Assembly: GCA_035549255.1 (NCBI GenBank)
Contig: DASZRD010000004.1
Coordinates: 8,667 to 72,666 of the forward strand
Source: Minisyncoccota bacterium
GTDB taxonomy: Bacteria; Patescibacteriota; Minisyncoccia; Phycocordibacterales; SBAW01
Length of the DNA stretch: 64,000 nt
Direction: 5' to 3'
The notes beneath the pieces are model-generated. The model saw only the letters and a list, made by a program, of their open reading frames with translations. It did no database searches and was not told the DNA's origin. A program made the translations under genes and the position numbers. Numbering within the stretch: the stretch's first letter is position 1; the number at the start of each line of letters is the position of its first letter. Positions 31,788-40,965 of the stretch are shown in pieces.

Positions 31788-33563
31788 ATGGGTTCACTTT
31801 GGCGCACGCTTACGCGGCCCGTGTATATCCCGCTCGCCGACAAGGCAGAGGACGCATACCATGCCTTCTCGCGCACCGGCAGGGGCGTTTTCATATTTCT
31901 TGCATCGGTGATGGTAGTGAGCAGCGTGGCGCTCCTCTATATGCTCAACAGCTCGATGCTCTCGGCCACGCCTGGCTACGGCGGCAGCCTCACCGAGGGG
32001 ATTATCGGGAGCCCGCGGTTCATCAACCCCGTGCTTGCGGTCTCCGACGCCGACCACGACCTCTCGATACTGGTCTACTCCGGCCTCCTGCGCGCGACAC
32101 CCGAGGGCGACTACGTGCCCGATTTGGCCTCAAGCTATGACATCTCGAGCGATGGCACGACATACACCTTCCACCTGCGGCCGAATGCCACGTTCCATGA
32201 CGGCAGCAAGGTCACCGCCGACGACGTGGTCTTTACGATAAACAAGATCCAGGACGCGGCGCTCAAGAGCCCCGCCCGCGCCGACTGGGTGGGAGTCACG
32301 GTAACCGAAGTCGACCCGGAGACCGTGCAATTTACGCTCAAGTCGCGCTACGCGCCGTTCATCCAGAACTTGACACTCGGTATCCTCCCCAAGCATCTCT
32401 GGGCTAACGTGAGCGATGAGGAGTTTCCTTTCAGCGACCTCAACACTTCGCCCGTAGGCTCCGGCCCCTTCAAGATCGGCAAAATTTCGCGCTCGGCATC
32501 GGGCCTGCCGTCCTCCTACGAACTTGACGCGAATCAAGAGTACGCGCTCGGCGCGCCCTACCTCTCGGAAATATACCTGCGGTTCTATCAGAATGAGAGC
32601 GACCTTTCGGACGCGCTCGCGCGCGGCGACGTCGAGGCGGCAAGCGGCCTCTCGCCCGCCTCGCTCACCGATATCAAGGACGCGAACATAGAGACGGCGC
32701 CGCTCAACCGCGTCTTCGGCGTCTTCTTCAACCAGAACCAGTCGGAAGTATTGCGCGACCCGGACGTGCGCGAGGCGCTGCGCGACGCCATAAACCAGCA
32801 AGATCTTGTGAATCAGGTGCTTGGCGGCTACGGCACCCCACTTACGGGGCCCGTGCCGCCGGAGCTCCTCGGCGCGACTACGACGATCGCTGCATCTTCG
32901 ACACCGGCGGCTATAGGCACGACTACCGACATCGCTCTTCTCTCACAGCAAGAGCTCATAAAGAAAGGCTGGGTGTTAGGGGATGACGGCGTCTTAACCA
33001 AGACGACCGGCAAAGGCAAGGACGCGAAGACTGAAATACTTTCCTTCTCCCTCTCGACAGCCAACGTGCCCGAGCTGCGCGCGGCGGCGGAGTACCTGCG
33101 CCGGCAGTGGAGCGAGATGGGTGCCGCGGTCGACGTAAAGATATTCGAGCAAGGCGACCTCTCGCAGAACGTGATCCGCCCGCGCAAGTATGACGCGCTC
33201 CTCTTCGGCGAGGTGATCGGCCGCGAGCTCGACCTCTACGCCTTCTGGGACAGCAGCCAGCGCAACGACCCCGGCCTTAACGTCGCTTTGTATGCCAATT
33301 CCACCGTCGACAAAATCGTCGAGCAGCTCCGCCAAACGACCGACGACGCCACGCGCGCAAGCCTCTACAGCCAGTTCCTTGCCCAGTTCAACCAGGACAT
33401 CCCCGCGGTATTTCTCTACGCGCCCGATTTCGTGTATAGTATACCCAACGACATCCAAGGGCTCGACCTGGGTTTTATAGAAACGCCAAGCGACCGTTTT
33501 CTCTCAGCCCCTCAATGGCATCGGGAGACAGACTACGTGTGGCCCATATTTAACAGCAAGTAA
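31788..33563 (+). CDS. peptide ABC transporter substrate-binding protein (family 5)
   Basis: PRFINP, YSGL, FHDG..VTADDVVFT, PVGSGPF; true start at ATG 31788. Confidence 0.92.
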   Translation: MGSLWRTLTRPVYIPLADKAEDAYHAFSRTGRGVFIFLASVMVVSSVALLYMLNSSMLSATPGYGGSLTEGIIGSPRFINPVLAVSDADHDLSILVYSGLLRATPEGDYVPDLASSYDISSDGTTYTFHLRPNATFHDGSKVTADDVVFTINKIQDAALKSPARADWVGVTVTEVDPETVQFTLKSRYAPFIQNLTLGILPKHLWANVSDEEFPFSDLNTSPVGSGPFKIGKISRSASGLPSSYELDANQEYALGAPYLSEIYLRFYQNESDLSDALARGDVEAASGLSPASLTDIKDANIETAPLNRVFGVFFNQNQSEVLRDPDVREALRDAINQQDLVNQVLGGYGTPLTGPVPPELLGATTTIAASSTPAAIGTTTDIALLSQQELIKKGWVLGDDGVLTKTTGKGKDAKTEILSFSLSTANVPELRAAAEYLRRQWSEMGAAVDVKIFEQGDLSQNVIRPRKYDALLFGEVIGRELDLYAFWDSSQRNDPGLNVALYANSTVDKIVEQLRQTTDDATRASLYSQFLAQFNQDIPAVFLYAPDFVYSIPNDIQGLDLGFIETPSDRFLSAPQWHRETDYVWPIFNSK

Positions 33564-33568
33564 TTACA

Positions 33569-35425
33569 ATGGAAGAAAAGAAGAAAGGTTTTAAGACCCG
33601 CCGCCCTAGCGGCGGGCGCGGGCGCGGCAGCTTCGGCGGCCGCAAGCTTCGTCGCGAGGGTCCTCGCCCTCATCAGACGCCTCCGCCGCGCGAGATCCGC
33701 GAGCAAAGCGGCACCAATGGCGCCGGCGACGAGAAGCCGATCCCGCCTTTAGAGGCCGGCAACATCCGCATCATCCCGCTTGGCGGCGTCGAAGAGATCG
33801 GCCGCAACATGACGGCGGTCGAATTCGGCAACGACATCATTATCGTCGACTGCGGGTTCCAGTTCCGAGAACAGGACACCCCGGGTATCGATTACATTCT
33901 GCCCAATACCAAATACCTCGAAGACCGCCAGGACAAGATTAGAGGTATGTTTATTACGCACGGCCACCTCGACCACATCGGCGGCATCCCCTACGTCATC
34001 GACCGCATCGGCTACCCGCCGATCTTCACGCGCAAGCTGACCGCGATCATGATCCGCAAGCGCCAGGAGGAATTCCCGCACTTGAAGCCTTTGGATATTC
34101 ATGAGGTCGAAAAGGAAGACACGATCAAGGTCGGCGACCTGCGCGTGCGCTTCTTCTCGGTGACCCACACTATCCCCGACGCGATGGGCATCATCATCGA
34201 GACGCCGTACGGATTGGTCGTCTTCACCGGCGACCTCAAGCTCGACCACGTCGACGGCGTCCCGACCGAGGCCGAGGAGAAGGAGTTCGCATTCTTCAAG
34301 GATAAGAAGGTGCTCTTCCTCGCCGCGGACTCGACCAATGTCGAGCGCTCCGGCTTCTCTATCCCCGAGCGCGTGGTCAAGAAGAACATGGACGAGATCA
34401 TCGCCACGACGCCCGGCAGACTCATTATCGGCACCTTCTCCTCGCAGCTCGAGCGCCTCATGCGCATCGTCGAACAAGCCGAGCGCGTCGGCCGCAAAGT
34501 CCTCGTCGAGGGCCGCTCAATGAAGGTCAACCTCGAGATCGTAAAACATTTAGGATTGCTCAAAGTAAACGAGAAGACATTTATTTCTCCCGAGCAGCTC
34601 GAATCCATCCCTGACAGCAAAGTGCTCATACTCGCGACGGGCGCCCAGGGCGACGAGTTCGCGGCACTCATGCGCGTTGCCATGAAGTCGCACAAATACG
34701 TGAAGATCAAGCCCGGCGACACCATCGTGCTCTCTTCTTCGATCGTGCCGGGCAATGAGCGCTCGGTTCAGAAGCTTAAGGACAACCTCTCCCGCCAGGG
34801 CGCGCGCATCATCCACCGCGACACCATGGACGTGCACGCCTCCGGCCACGCCAACCGCGATGAGACCTTCTGGATCCACCAGAAGATCAACCCTCGGTTC
34901 TTCATGCCGCTCCATGGCTACCACTACATGCTGCGCGTCCACGCCGACATCGCCAAGGCCTGCGGCCGCGCCGAGGACGAGATCATCGTCCCTGACAACA
35001 GCGCCGTGATCGAAATCCGCGACGAGGGCTCGCGTATCGTGCGCCTTAAGGAAATGGCGCCGGCAGGTCTGCGCCTGGTAGACGGCTTCGCGATCGGCGA
35101 CATCCAGGAGGTCGTTATCCGCGACCGTACCGTGCTCGCGGCAGAAGGCATGTTCGTCATCATCGCGACAGTCAACCCCAAGAACGGCCGCCTACGCAAG
35201 TCGCCCGACATCATCTCGCGCGGGTTCGTGTACTTGCGCGAATCGCAGGAGCTCCTCCAGCAAGCGCGCATCATCGTAAAGAAGACGATCGAAGACACGA
35301 CCAAGAATCAGCAGCCAGTCAACTTCGACTTCGTCAAGAACAACGTCACCGACGCGGTAGCAAGATTCCTCTTCGAGAAGACCAACAAACGCCCGATCGT
35401 GATCCCCGTAATTTTGGGTGTGTAA
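33569..35425 (+). CDS. rnj: ribonuclease J
   Basis: PLGGVEEIGRNM, THGHLDHIG, DSTN, HASGH. Confidence 0.97.
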   Translation: MEEKKKGFKTRRPSGGRGRGSFGGRKLRREGPRPHQTPPPREIREQSGTNGAGDEKPIPPLEAGNIRIIPLGGVEEIGRNMTAVEFGNDIIIVDCGFQFREQDTPGIDYILPNTKYLEDRQDKIRGMFITHGHLDHIGGIPYVIDRIGYPPIFTRKLTAIMIRKRQEEFPHLKPLDIHEVEKEDTIKVGDLRVRFFSVTHTIPDAMGIIIETPYGLVVFTGDLKLDHVDGVPTEAEEKEFAFFKDKKVLFLAADSTNVERSGFSIPERVVKKNMDEIIATTPGRLIIGTFSSQLERLMRIVEQAERVGRKVLVEGRSMKVNLEIVKHLGLLKVNEKTFISPEQLESIPDSKVLILATGAQGDEFAALMRVAMKSHKYVKIKPGDTIVLSSSIVPGNERSVQKLKDNLSRQGARIIHRDTMDVHASGHANRDETFWIHQKINPRFFMPLHGYHYMLRVHADIAKACGRAEDEIIVPDNSAVIEIRDEGSRIVRLKEMAPAGLRLVDGFAIGDIQEVVIRDRTVLAAEGMFVIIATVNPKNGRLRKSPDIISRGFVYLRESQELLQQARIIVKKTIEDTTKNQQPVNFDFVKNNVTDAVARFLFEKTNKRPIVIPVILGV

Positions 35426-35465
35426 TCTGCTACACTCCATCTCAAGTCCGAAGGAGGTGGTTCTC

Positions 35466-35483
35466 ATGGACGATCAGACCTAA
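35466..35483 (+). other. mini-ORF MDDQT in a candidate ~80-nt stand-alone transcript
   Basis: TACACT -10 at 35431, AAGGAGGTG at 35451-35459, ATG GAC GAT CAG ACC TAA, then terminator. Confidence 0.45.
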
Positions 35484-35493
35484 TACTAGGTCG

Positions 35494-35519
35494 AGGCGCG
35501 GAGAAATCCGCGCCTTTTC
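35494..35519 (+). terminator. intrinsic terminator
   Basis: AGGCGCGGA-GAAA-TCCGCGCCT followed by TTT. Confidence 0.85.
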
Positions 35520-36310
35520 TATTTCGCTACTGAAATCTTTTTGTTTTTTATTTCTATTATTCCCTCGCCTGCGAGGTTGGCCACCACTCTTGCCACGTCG
35601 CCGTGCGCACGGTTGGTTATGTCGATCAACTCATCCATTGTCTTGGGTTTCTCCAAGACTGCGCGCAGCACCGCTCCACGCAGTTGGCGGTAAGAGCCCT
35701 CGAACTTGCTCTGTTTGGCATAATGCTTGCTCCTACTGTTGATGCGCAAGCCTTGAGCCTTCAAGAATGACCCGTAATCCATGAGTGCCGCGTAGAAGTC
35801 TCGTGGGTCCATGCGCGACTGCTTGAGTGCTTTCTCTACGAGCGGCAAAATCTGTGCGTCGGACACAAGCACCTCTTTGCTGCCGCCCCTGAAGCAATAT
35901 TTGAGAAATACGGTGCGAATATTCGTCTCGATAAACACCGTTGGCTTATTGTGCGCAAAGGCCTCTACCGCTGCGGCTGTATACGGGCCAACACCGGGGA
36001 GTTTCTGACCGGTCCAACCCTCACGAGCAAGGATCTTCCCCGCTTCCCACAGATATTTGCCTCTGCGATTGTAGCCGAGGCCTTGCCACAGCGTGAGCAC
36101 TTCGCTCAGTTGCGCTTTGGCTAATTTTTGCGGCGTCGGGAACTTTTTTATAAACCGCTCGTAGAACGGGATCACGCGGTCGACTTGCGTTTGCTGGAGC
36201 ATCACTTCGGAGACCATAATCTTGTACGGGTCGTGCGTCTGCCGCCAAGGCAAGTGGCTGCGCGCCTGCGTCTTGTAAAAGCTTTTCAAATCTCGGAGAA
36301 GTCGCGGCAT
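35519..36310 (-). CDS. mutY: A/G-specific adenine glycosylase MutY (short)
   Basis: LPWRQT.DPYKIMVSEVMLQQTQV, WQGLGYNRR, LPGVGPYTA. Confidence 0.92.
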   Translation of the reverse strand: MPRLLRDLKSFYKTQARSHLPWRQTHDPYKIMVSEVMLQQTQVDRVIPFYERFIKKFPTPQKLAKAQLSEVLTLWQGLGYNRRGKYLWEAGKILAREGWTGQKLPGVGPYTAAAVEAFAHNKPTVFIETNIRTVFLKYCFRGGSKEVLVSDAQILPLVEKALKQSRMDPRDFYAALMDYGSFLKAQGLRINSRSKHYAKQSKFEGSYRQLRGAVLRAVLEKPKTMDELIDITNRAHGDVARVVANLAGEGIIEIKNKKISVAK

Positions 36311-36346
36311 ATATTCAGCAAAACAGTATTGCTTGCCTATGATAAC

Positions 36347-36375
36347 AAAAAGCCCCGCCGAAGCGGGGCTTTTTG
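36347..36375. terminator. bidirectional-type intrinsic terminator
   Basis: AAAAAGCCCCGC-CGAA-GCGGGGCTTTTT. Confidence 0.85.
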
Positions 36376-36392
36376 ATTGCAGGCCAGAGGGC

Positions 36393-36644
36393 TTATGCCT
36401 TCGGGCGGGCATCGGAGACCGTGAGCGTGCGGCCGTCGAACTCCTTGCCATTCCACATGGCAATAGCAGCTTCGCCGCCGGCATCGTCGGCCATCTCCAC
36501 GAAGCCGAAGCCACGGGAGCGACCAGTCTCACGATCAGTAACAATGGACGCGGTGGCTACCTCGCCCGCCTTGGCAAACGCGTCTCTCAACTCGTCGCCC
36601 GTAGTGCGGTACGGAAGGCCTCCCACGAACAGTTTGCGTACCAT
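36393..36644 (-). CDS. RRM RNA-binding protein
   Basis: RNP2 LFVGGL, RNP1 RGFGFVEM. Confidence 0.95.
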   Translation of the reverse strand: MVRKLFVGGLPYRTTGDELRDAFAKAGEVATASIVTDRETGRSRGFGFVEMADDAGGEAAIAMWNGKEFDGRTLTVSDARPKA

Positions 36645-36749
36645 ATTCGCGAAATACAATGAATTAACTAAGTTCCGTTGTAAGTCGACCCTCCGATAAC
36701 CGCGCCAGGGGCGCACCAGGAGCACTTGACTCGGAACGCCCTCACCTTA

Positions 36750-37454
36750 TCATAGCGACGAGAGGCGCGCAACCACGACGAGGCGCTTGTCGAAGGCGTG
36801 CGCGTGCGGGTCCCAGTCTCCGGCGCAGGTTATAAGGACTATTTGGGAAGGGCCGGCTGTGGAGAAGATCTCGTTAAGGGGCGCCGCGTTGGTGTCGTAA
36901 TCCTCAATTGAGGAGACGGTATACGTAAGGCTCCGGCCCGAGGCGTCGGACACGACGACCGAGTCGCCAACCGCGATTTGGCCGAGGTGCTCGAAGACGC
37001 CCGCGGTCGTAAGCGCATTGTTGACATGCCCGTCGATGACGGCGTTGCCAGCCTCTCCGGGCTTAGGGCCGAGGTTATACCAGGCGACGTCCTGCCAGGT
37101 GGAGGGTGTGGCCATCGAGCCGTCTGACTTTTGCCCGACGCTCTCGACCTTGGCCGAGACCCCGATCGAGGGTATGGCGAGGTGCACGGGCACGAGCGGC
37201 GTAGTGGTGGCAGGACCAGCAGCCGGCGCGTTGAGAAGCGAAGGGTCGGTAATCGCCGCAGCCGGCGCGAAGGCGACGAAAGCGGCATTCGCGCCGAACG
37301 CGTTTTTCGAGAGGGTCGAGAGCGCGCCCGCCGCGCCGATCACTATCGCAAGCACGCCGAAGGCGACAAAGACATTCCTCGTCCAGTGCGGCCTGCGGTG
37401 GTGTATGATAACGCCCGACTTAGCGGATGAGAGTAGCAACTGCCTTTCTGACAT
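36750..37454 (-). CDS. class F sortase
   Basis: PGEAGNAVIDGHV, LITC, RLVV; N-terminal TM. Confidence 0.92.
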   Translation of the reverse strand: MSERQLLLSSAKSGVIIHHRRPHWTRNVFVAFGVLAIVIGAAGALSTLSKNAFGANAAFVAFAPAAAITDPSLLNAPAAGPATTTPLVPVHLAIPSIGVSAKVESVGQKSDGSMATPSTWQDVAWYNLGPKPGEAGNAVIDGHVNNALTTAGVFEHLGQIAVGDSVVVSDASGRSLTYTVSSIEDYDTNAAPLNEIFSTAGPSQIVLITCAGDWDPHAHAFDKRLVVVARLSSL

Positions 37455-38157
37455 ACGGTTGCAATACTACGCCCGCAACCACAAGGAGCACAAGCGCCAA
37501 GGCCAGGGGTAAAGCGTACGCTGAAATCGGCTCGAAGCCGGTGTTCGGAAGCGACGGTACATATTTGGAGACGACCGTCACGGCCGCGACGGATGTCTGC
37601 ACAGGCTGGGCCGGCTGCGTATAGGAGTAGCTCGGATATTGATAGCCGTAGGGGTAATTGTAGTAGCCGCTGCCATACGCGTATGTCGGCGTGAGCGTGA
37701 TGTAGCATGCGGCGTTGGAGCCATTGGCTACAGTGCCGGAACAGCTGCCTGAATAGGAGGGCGTGTACCCTGTCTGATTATAGACCGAAACCGAGTACGA
37801 CCCATTCACCCACACGGTCGTGCCGTTTGAGGAGCCCTGGAAGTACTGCTGGTTGCTGTTGGCGCCCGCGACATAGAACGTAAAGTCGCTCGGCGACTTG
37901 TACTGACCGTATTGATACTGGTTATTAACCGTTACATAGACAGTCACGCTTCCCTGCGTGGAATTATTGCAATTCCAATAGCCGTAGGAATATCCGTAAT
38001 TGTTATTCCAGCCGCAATTATTGTTGTAGCCATATTGGTATTGATAATAGCCGGGCGCATAGAGCGTGTCGGCAGAGGCCGCAACAGGAACGAGGATGCC
38101 CAGCAGAAGCGCGAACGAGGACACGAACACTGCAAGAGAGCGCTTGAATGATTTCAT
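37420..38157 (-). CDS. secreted Tyr/Asn/Gly-rich protein with LPNTG sorting signal
   Basis: Signal peptide; LPNTG, hydrophobic helix and basic tail; upstream of and overlapping the sortase gene. Confidence 0.85.
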   Translation of the reverse strand: MKSFKRSLAVFVSSFALLLGILVPVAASADTLYAPGYYQYQYGYNNNCGWNNNYGYSYGYWNCNNSTQGSVTVYVTVNNQYQYGQYKSPSDFTFYVAGANSNQQYFQGSSNGTTVWVNGSYSVSVYNQTGYTPSYSGSCSGTVANGSNAACYITLTPTYAYGSGYYNYPYGYQYPSYSYTQPAQPVQTSVAAVTVVSKYVPSLPNTGFEPISAYALPLALALVLLVVAGVVLQPYVRKAVATLIR

Positions 38158-38232
38158 AGCGGTAGGACAATTTAAATTATAAAAACGAGCAGGCCCAGGA
38201 CTATCCCCATTGTAGCACACCGAGGCATCCGA

Positions 38233-38439
38233 TTAGTAGCCCGCCGGGAGCGTAACGCTCGAGAGGAAGGCCGGTATGACCGCCGGGAGTATAAGGAGTG
38301 GGATCACGATCGCCCCTACCGTGATCCAGAAGCCCCAGAGCATATACTTGCGCATCTTTTCGCTCGACTGGAAGGTGGCGTCGATCTTCCCCTCCAGCTC
38401 GGCAAGCTTGATCTCCATGCGGTCGAGCTGTTCGTTCAT
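38233..38439 (-). CDS. small membrane hypothetical protein
   Basis: Coiled coil, EKMRKY, one TM; TATACT upstream. Confidence 0.75.
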   Translation of the reverse strand: MNEQLDRMEIKLAELEGKIDATFQSSEKMRKYMLWGFWITVGAIVIPLLILPAVIPAFLSSVTLPAGY

Positions 38440-38494
38440 TACCCGGTAGTATACACCCCCTTCAGGAGCTGTCCCCAGCCCGATGCCGGCCTTC

Positions 38495-38545
38495 TTGACA
38501 CTTTCATCCTGCGGATATATATTTAGACAACCTAACTATTAGGTT
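38495..38545 (+). promoter_or_regulatory. sigma70 promoter and putative MarR operator
   Basis: TTGACA-17 nt-TATATT, then palindrome AACCTAA-CTA-TTAGGTT (38529-38545). Confidence 0.75.
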
Positions 38546-38553
38546 TAAGTACT

Positions 38554-38961
38554 ATGCAGGAGCATGCAACGACGCTGAACCTGTTTCTCGACGTGGGCCG
38601 CGCCATCAAGCGCGACATGGGTTCGGCGCTGCCGCTCCCCTTCGCCCAGTGCGAGGCGCTCAAGCTCGTCGAGGAGCTTCCCCGCGCCAGTATGCGCGAA
38701 GTGGCGCGCACGCTGCGTATAACGGCGCCTTCGGCGACCTCGCTCATCGACGAGCTGGCCCGCCAAGGGTACCTCAAGCGCGGCGCAGCGCGCGAAGACC
38801 GCCGCAGGATAGCGCTCACCCTTACCCCCAAGGGCAAGCGCATCGCGAGCGAGATCATGCGCAAGCGCAAAGCAGTCTTTGCCCGCTTGCTCCAGCCCCT
38901 CGACCATGAGGATCGGGAGAATCTTAACCGCGTGCTGCGCAAAATTATCAATAGTCAATAA
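38554..38961 (+). CDS. MarR family transcriptional regulator
   Basis: wHTH with DRR...LTPKG wing motif. Confidence 0.93.
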   Translation: MQEHATTLNLFLDVGRAIKRDMGSALPLPFAQCEALKLVEELPRASMREVARTLRITAPSATSLIDELARQGYLKRGAAREDRRRIALTLTPKGKRIASEIMRKRKAVFARLLQPLDHEDRENLNRVLRKIINSQ

Positions 38962-38963
38962 GC

Positions 38964-40328
38964 ATGAAAACATCTTTTAATAATCCGGTTATTTTGGGCG
39001 CCATAGGCATCGCAGCCGTCATCGCGGTCGGCAGCGCCGGCTATTACCTGCTCGAGAGCAGGACGCCTTCCCTGGCGCAGCTTCCGCCGGCATCGAGTGC
39101 TACGAGTACCGTTACCGGCACCGGAACCGTTGAGCCCGCCGAGAACCCCGACCTCGCCTTCGAGGCCAGCGGCAAGGTCGCAAGCGTGCGCGTAAGCGTG
39201 GGCGATACTGTTGCCCGCGGCCAGACCCTTGCGAGCCTCGACAACAGCGCCCTCCTCGCCCAGCGCGCGCAAGCGGTCGCAAGCCTCGACGCGCAGGAGG
39301 CGAACCTCTCGCAGATGCAGGCGGGCCCGCGGGACGTCGACGTCGCCGCCAAGCAGACTGCGGTCTCGCAAGCGCAGCTCGCTCTCGCCAACCTCTACTC
39401 GACTGTATATGACACGCTCAACGACGCATACGGCAAGGCCTATAGCGCGGTGCATATCGACACCGATGCTCTCTTCTCGAACCCCGACTCGGTCAACGCA
39501 ACCCTCGCGGTAACCGTCAGCAATAGCCAGCTGGCGTCGAATGCGATCAGCACGCGCACCGCCGTCACGAGCGACCTTGCGCAATGGAAGGGCGAACTCG
39601 ACGCGCTCTCCGGCTCGGCTGATCCCTCGACGCTTGAGGCCGCCCTCACGACGGCTCAGGCCCACTTGAACGTCGCGCGCCAGTACACGGACACGATGGC
39701 ACAGGTCCTCAGCGCAGCGATTCCGTCAACCTCTTTCCCGCAGGCTTCGATAAATACATCGATCGCCGCAGTCAGCTCGCTGCACGACACGGTCGCCGGC
39801 CGCATAAGCGCGCTCTCGACCCTCAGCCAGCAGATCGCTACCGCCAAGCTCGCCGTGCAATCAGCGCAGGACGCGCTCAATTCGACGCTTGCGGGCTCGA
39901 CACAGCAGCAGATCCAAGCGCAACAGGCGCAGGTCGAGGCGGCGCAAGCCAATGTCGCCGCGATCGACGCGCAAATCGCCAAGGCGGTTATTACGGCGCC
40001 CTTCAGCGGCACGGTATCGAGCGTCCATGTGAAGGTCGGCGACATCGTTGCCGCCGACAACTCCGCAATCTCGCTCACGCCGCAAAGCGCCCTCCAGGTG
40101 AACGCGTATTTCTCGGAGTCCGATGTTGCATCGATTTCCGCGGGCCAGAGCGCTGATGTCACGCTCGACGCGTACGGGAGCGGGCGGGTCTTCCCCGCGA
40201 CTGTGGTATCAGTCGACCGTTCGCCGACGACCCAGAACGGCGTGCCCGCCTACAAGGTGACGCTGCAGTTCGAGGCAAGCGATCCATCGATCACCTCGGG
40301 CATGACCGCCAACGTAACTATCAAATAA
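38964..40328 (+). CDS. efflux periplasmic adaptor (HlyD/MFP family)
   Basis: Lipoyl half-motifs (SGKV..V.VSVGD, ITAPFSGTV), long coiled coil, GMTANV. Confidence 0.9.
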   Translation: MKTSFNNPVILGAIGIAAVIAVGSAGYYLLESRTPSLAQLPPASSATSTVTGTGTVEPAENPDLAFEASGKVASVRVSVGDTVARGQTLASLDNSALLAQRAQAVASLDAQEANLSQMQAGPRDVDVAAKQTAVSQAQLALANLYSTVYDTLNDAYGKAYSAVHIDTDALFSNPDSVNATLAVTVSNSQLASNAISTRTAVTSDLAQWKGELDALSGSADPSTLEAALTTAQAHLNVARQYTDTMAQVLSAAIPSTSFPQASINTSIAAVSSLHDTVAGRISALSTLSQQIATAKLAVQSAQDALNSTLAGSTQQQIQAQQAQVEAAQANVAAIDAQIAKAVITAPFSGTVSSVHVKVGDIVAADNSAISLTPQSALQVNAYFSESDVASISAGQSADVTLDAYGSGRVFPATVVSVDRSPTTQNGVPAYKVTLQFEASDPSITSGMTANVTIK

Positions 40329-40332
40329 TCAT

Positions 40333-40965
40333 ATGAGTGAAAAGAAAAAGTCCATGGACCGCCGCGCCCTTGCCATCGCCGCGTTTATCGTAGTCGTGAT
40401 CGGCGGCGGGATCGCCGTGCTCGCCTACCTCGGCGTGGCCGCAAAAACCGTCTATATCGACAAGGCCACCATCTCCGCGCCCGAGACGACGCTCGCGCCT
40501 ACGACCGCCGGCATATTGCAGCATACTTACGTCTCGGTCGGCGACATCATCGCGCCCAACACGGTCGTGGCGCAGGTTGGCGTCGAGCTGATCAAATCAA
40601 CGAATGGCGGGCTTGTGATCGACGCGCGCACCGACCTCGGCACCTCGATAGCTCCGGGCACCGCAGTCGTGACAACGATCGATCCTACGGCGCTGCGCGC
40701 GGTCGGCGAAGTGCAGGAAGATAAGGGCCTCACGGATATCAAAGTCGGCGATACCGCCACCTTTACCGTCGACGCGTTCGGCGGGCAGAAGTTCCAGGGC
40801 GTCGTCGACGAAATCAGCCCGACTTCTAATGCGGGCGACGTGGTCTTCTCGGTCTCCGACAAGCGCGAGGAGCAGGACTTCGACGTCAAGGTGCGCTTTG
40901 ATACCGCGCAATATCCGCAGCTGCGCAACGGCATGTCGGCTAAGATCTGGGTTTATAAGAACTAA
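40333..40965 (+). CDS. short HlyD/EmrA-like adaptor lacking the coiled coil
   Basis: IKVGD.A.FTVDAF, G.VDEISP, LRNGMSA. Confidence 0.85.
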   Translation: MSEKKKSMDRRALAIAAFIVVVIGGGIAVLAYLGVAAKTVYIDKATISAPETTLAPTTAGILQHTYVSVGDIIAPNTVVAQVGVELIKSTNGGLVIDARTDLGTSIAPGTAVVTTIDPTALRAVGEVQEDKGLTDIKVGDTATFTVDAFGGQKFQGVVDEISPTSNAGDVVFSVSDKREEQDFDVKVRFDTAQYPQLRNGMSAKIWVYKN

